Shown here one piece after another: positions 63,456-64,000 of a DNA stretch of 64,000 nt. Both the position numbers and the translations under genes were made by a program. Below the pieces are notes generated by a model that saw only the letters and a list, made by a program, of their open reading frames with translations, searched no databases and was not told the DNA's origin. The stretch is from Mobula hypostoma (Eukaryota), in contig NC_086097.1 of the NCBI RefSeq assembly GCF_963921235.1, positions 175,772,001-175,836,000 on the forward strand, read 5' to 3'. The first letter of the stretch is position 1; every line of letters starts with the position of its first letter.

Positions 63456-63639
63456 CTACATTCAAAGGAAACAGATAAGTGATGGAAAATTGAGACTTCC
63501 TCAAGGCAAAGGCATCCAGAAGTGGAGATGTAATTAATGTCAATGGATTCTCTAAGAATGCAATTCAACTGTTAACAAATTGAAATGAAGAACCAAGATA
63601 AACGTAGATGAAATTAATAGAAAACTTGCTCCTCTATAG

Positions 63640-63770
63640 GCCCTTTGAATGTTTCCAAATCACCTTGCAGCCAATGAAATAACATAGTCTCTATTGTTAT
63701 ATAGGAAATGCAGCAGCCAAGATGCACATAGCAAGATCCCACTACCACAACAATGATTAGGTGAAATCTT
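63640..63770 (-). mobile_element. Deu-domain SINE relic (SacSINE/AmnSINE-like)
   Basis: Reverse complement gtgggatcttgctatgtgcatcttggctgctgcatttcctat...ttcattggctgcaag resembles the Deu core; a more degenerate + strand copy lies at about 58680-58830. Confidence 0.5.
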
Positions 63771-64000
63771 TGTACTTGACTATACTGACAGGTTCTATCC
63801 TGCTGTTATCGGGCTCTTAAACAGAAATGGATTTGAAGTTGGATTATTAGTGTGGCCTGTACAGAGATGCAGTACAAAGCTTGACTTGCATACTGCATCT
63901 CTGTATCTCATGGGTCGTCGTATCTGACCCACGACCTCCGGCACTGCATTCCAGATCTCAGCAGCATACTGTGTGAAAAAAAATCTCCCCTCAAATCCTC

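Noticed and set aside
63456..64000. Search for TTR exon 1 (signal peptide)
   Set aside because: No ATG plus hydrophobic run with a phase-0 donor was found; the ATG...|GT candidate near 63665-63690 is phase 1 and lies in a SINE relic, so exon 1 is probably beyond the window

Overview
This is eukaryotic vertebrate genomic DNA, most likely from a cartilaginous fish (inferred from the CR1/V-SINE/Deu-SINE/Penelope repeat landscape and the divergent transthyretin). Two genes converge tail-to-tail, as at the human B4GALT6-TTR locus. On the + strand are coding exons 3-9 of B4GALT6 (lactosylceramide synthase; 4886-44037), followed by a roughly 4 kb repeat-free 3'UTR. On the - strand are exons 2-4 of transthyretin (TTR; 63455-48574). 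The 5' exons of both genes lie outside the window. The introns are packed with transposons: CR1 LINEs, a full-length L1 with a 14-bp TSD, RTE, Rex1/Babar, Penelope-like GIY-YIG elements, two hAT/Buster remnants, two solo LTRs and SINEs. Intron 6 of B4GALT6 contains a four-level nested insertion. The most notable observations are (1) minimal hammerhead-ribozyme motifs in Penelope-like termini, including a 121-bp independently inserted unit; (2) a duplicated ~135-nt element in the B4GALT6 3'UTR with a covarying hairpin; (3) a wild-type TTR carrying several residues that are amyloidogenic variants in humans; and (4) a GC-AG intron. All calls come from manual reading; no searches were run.
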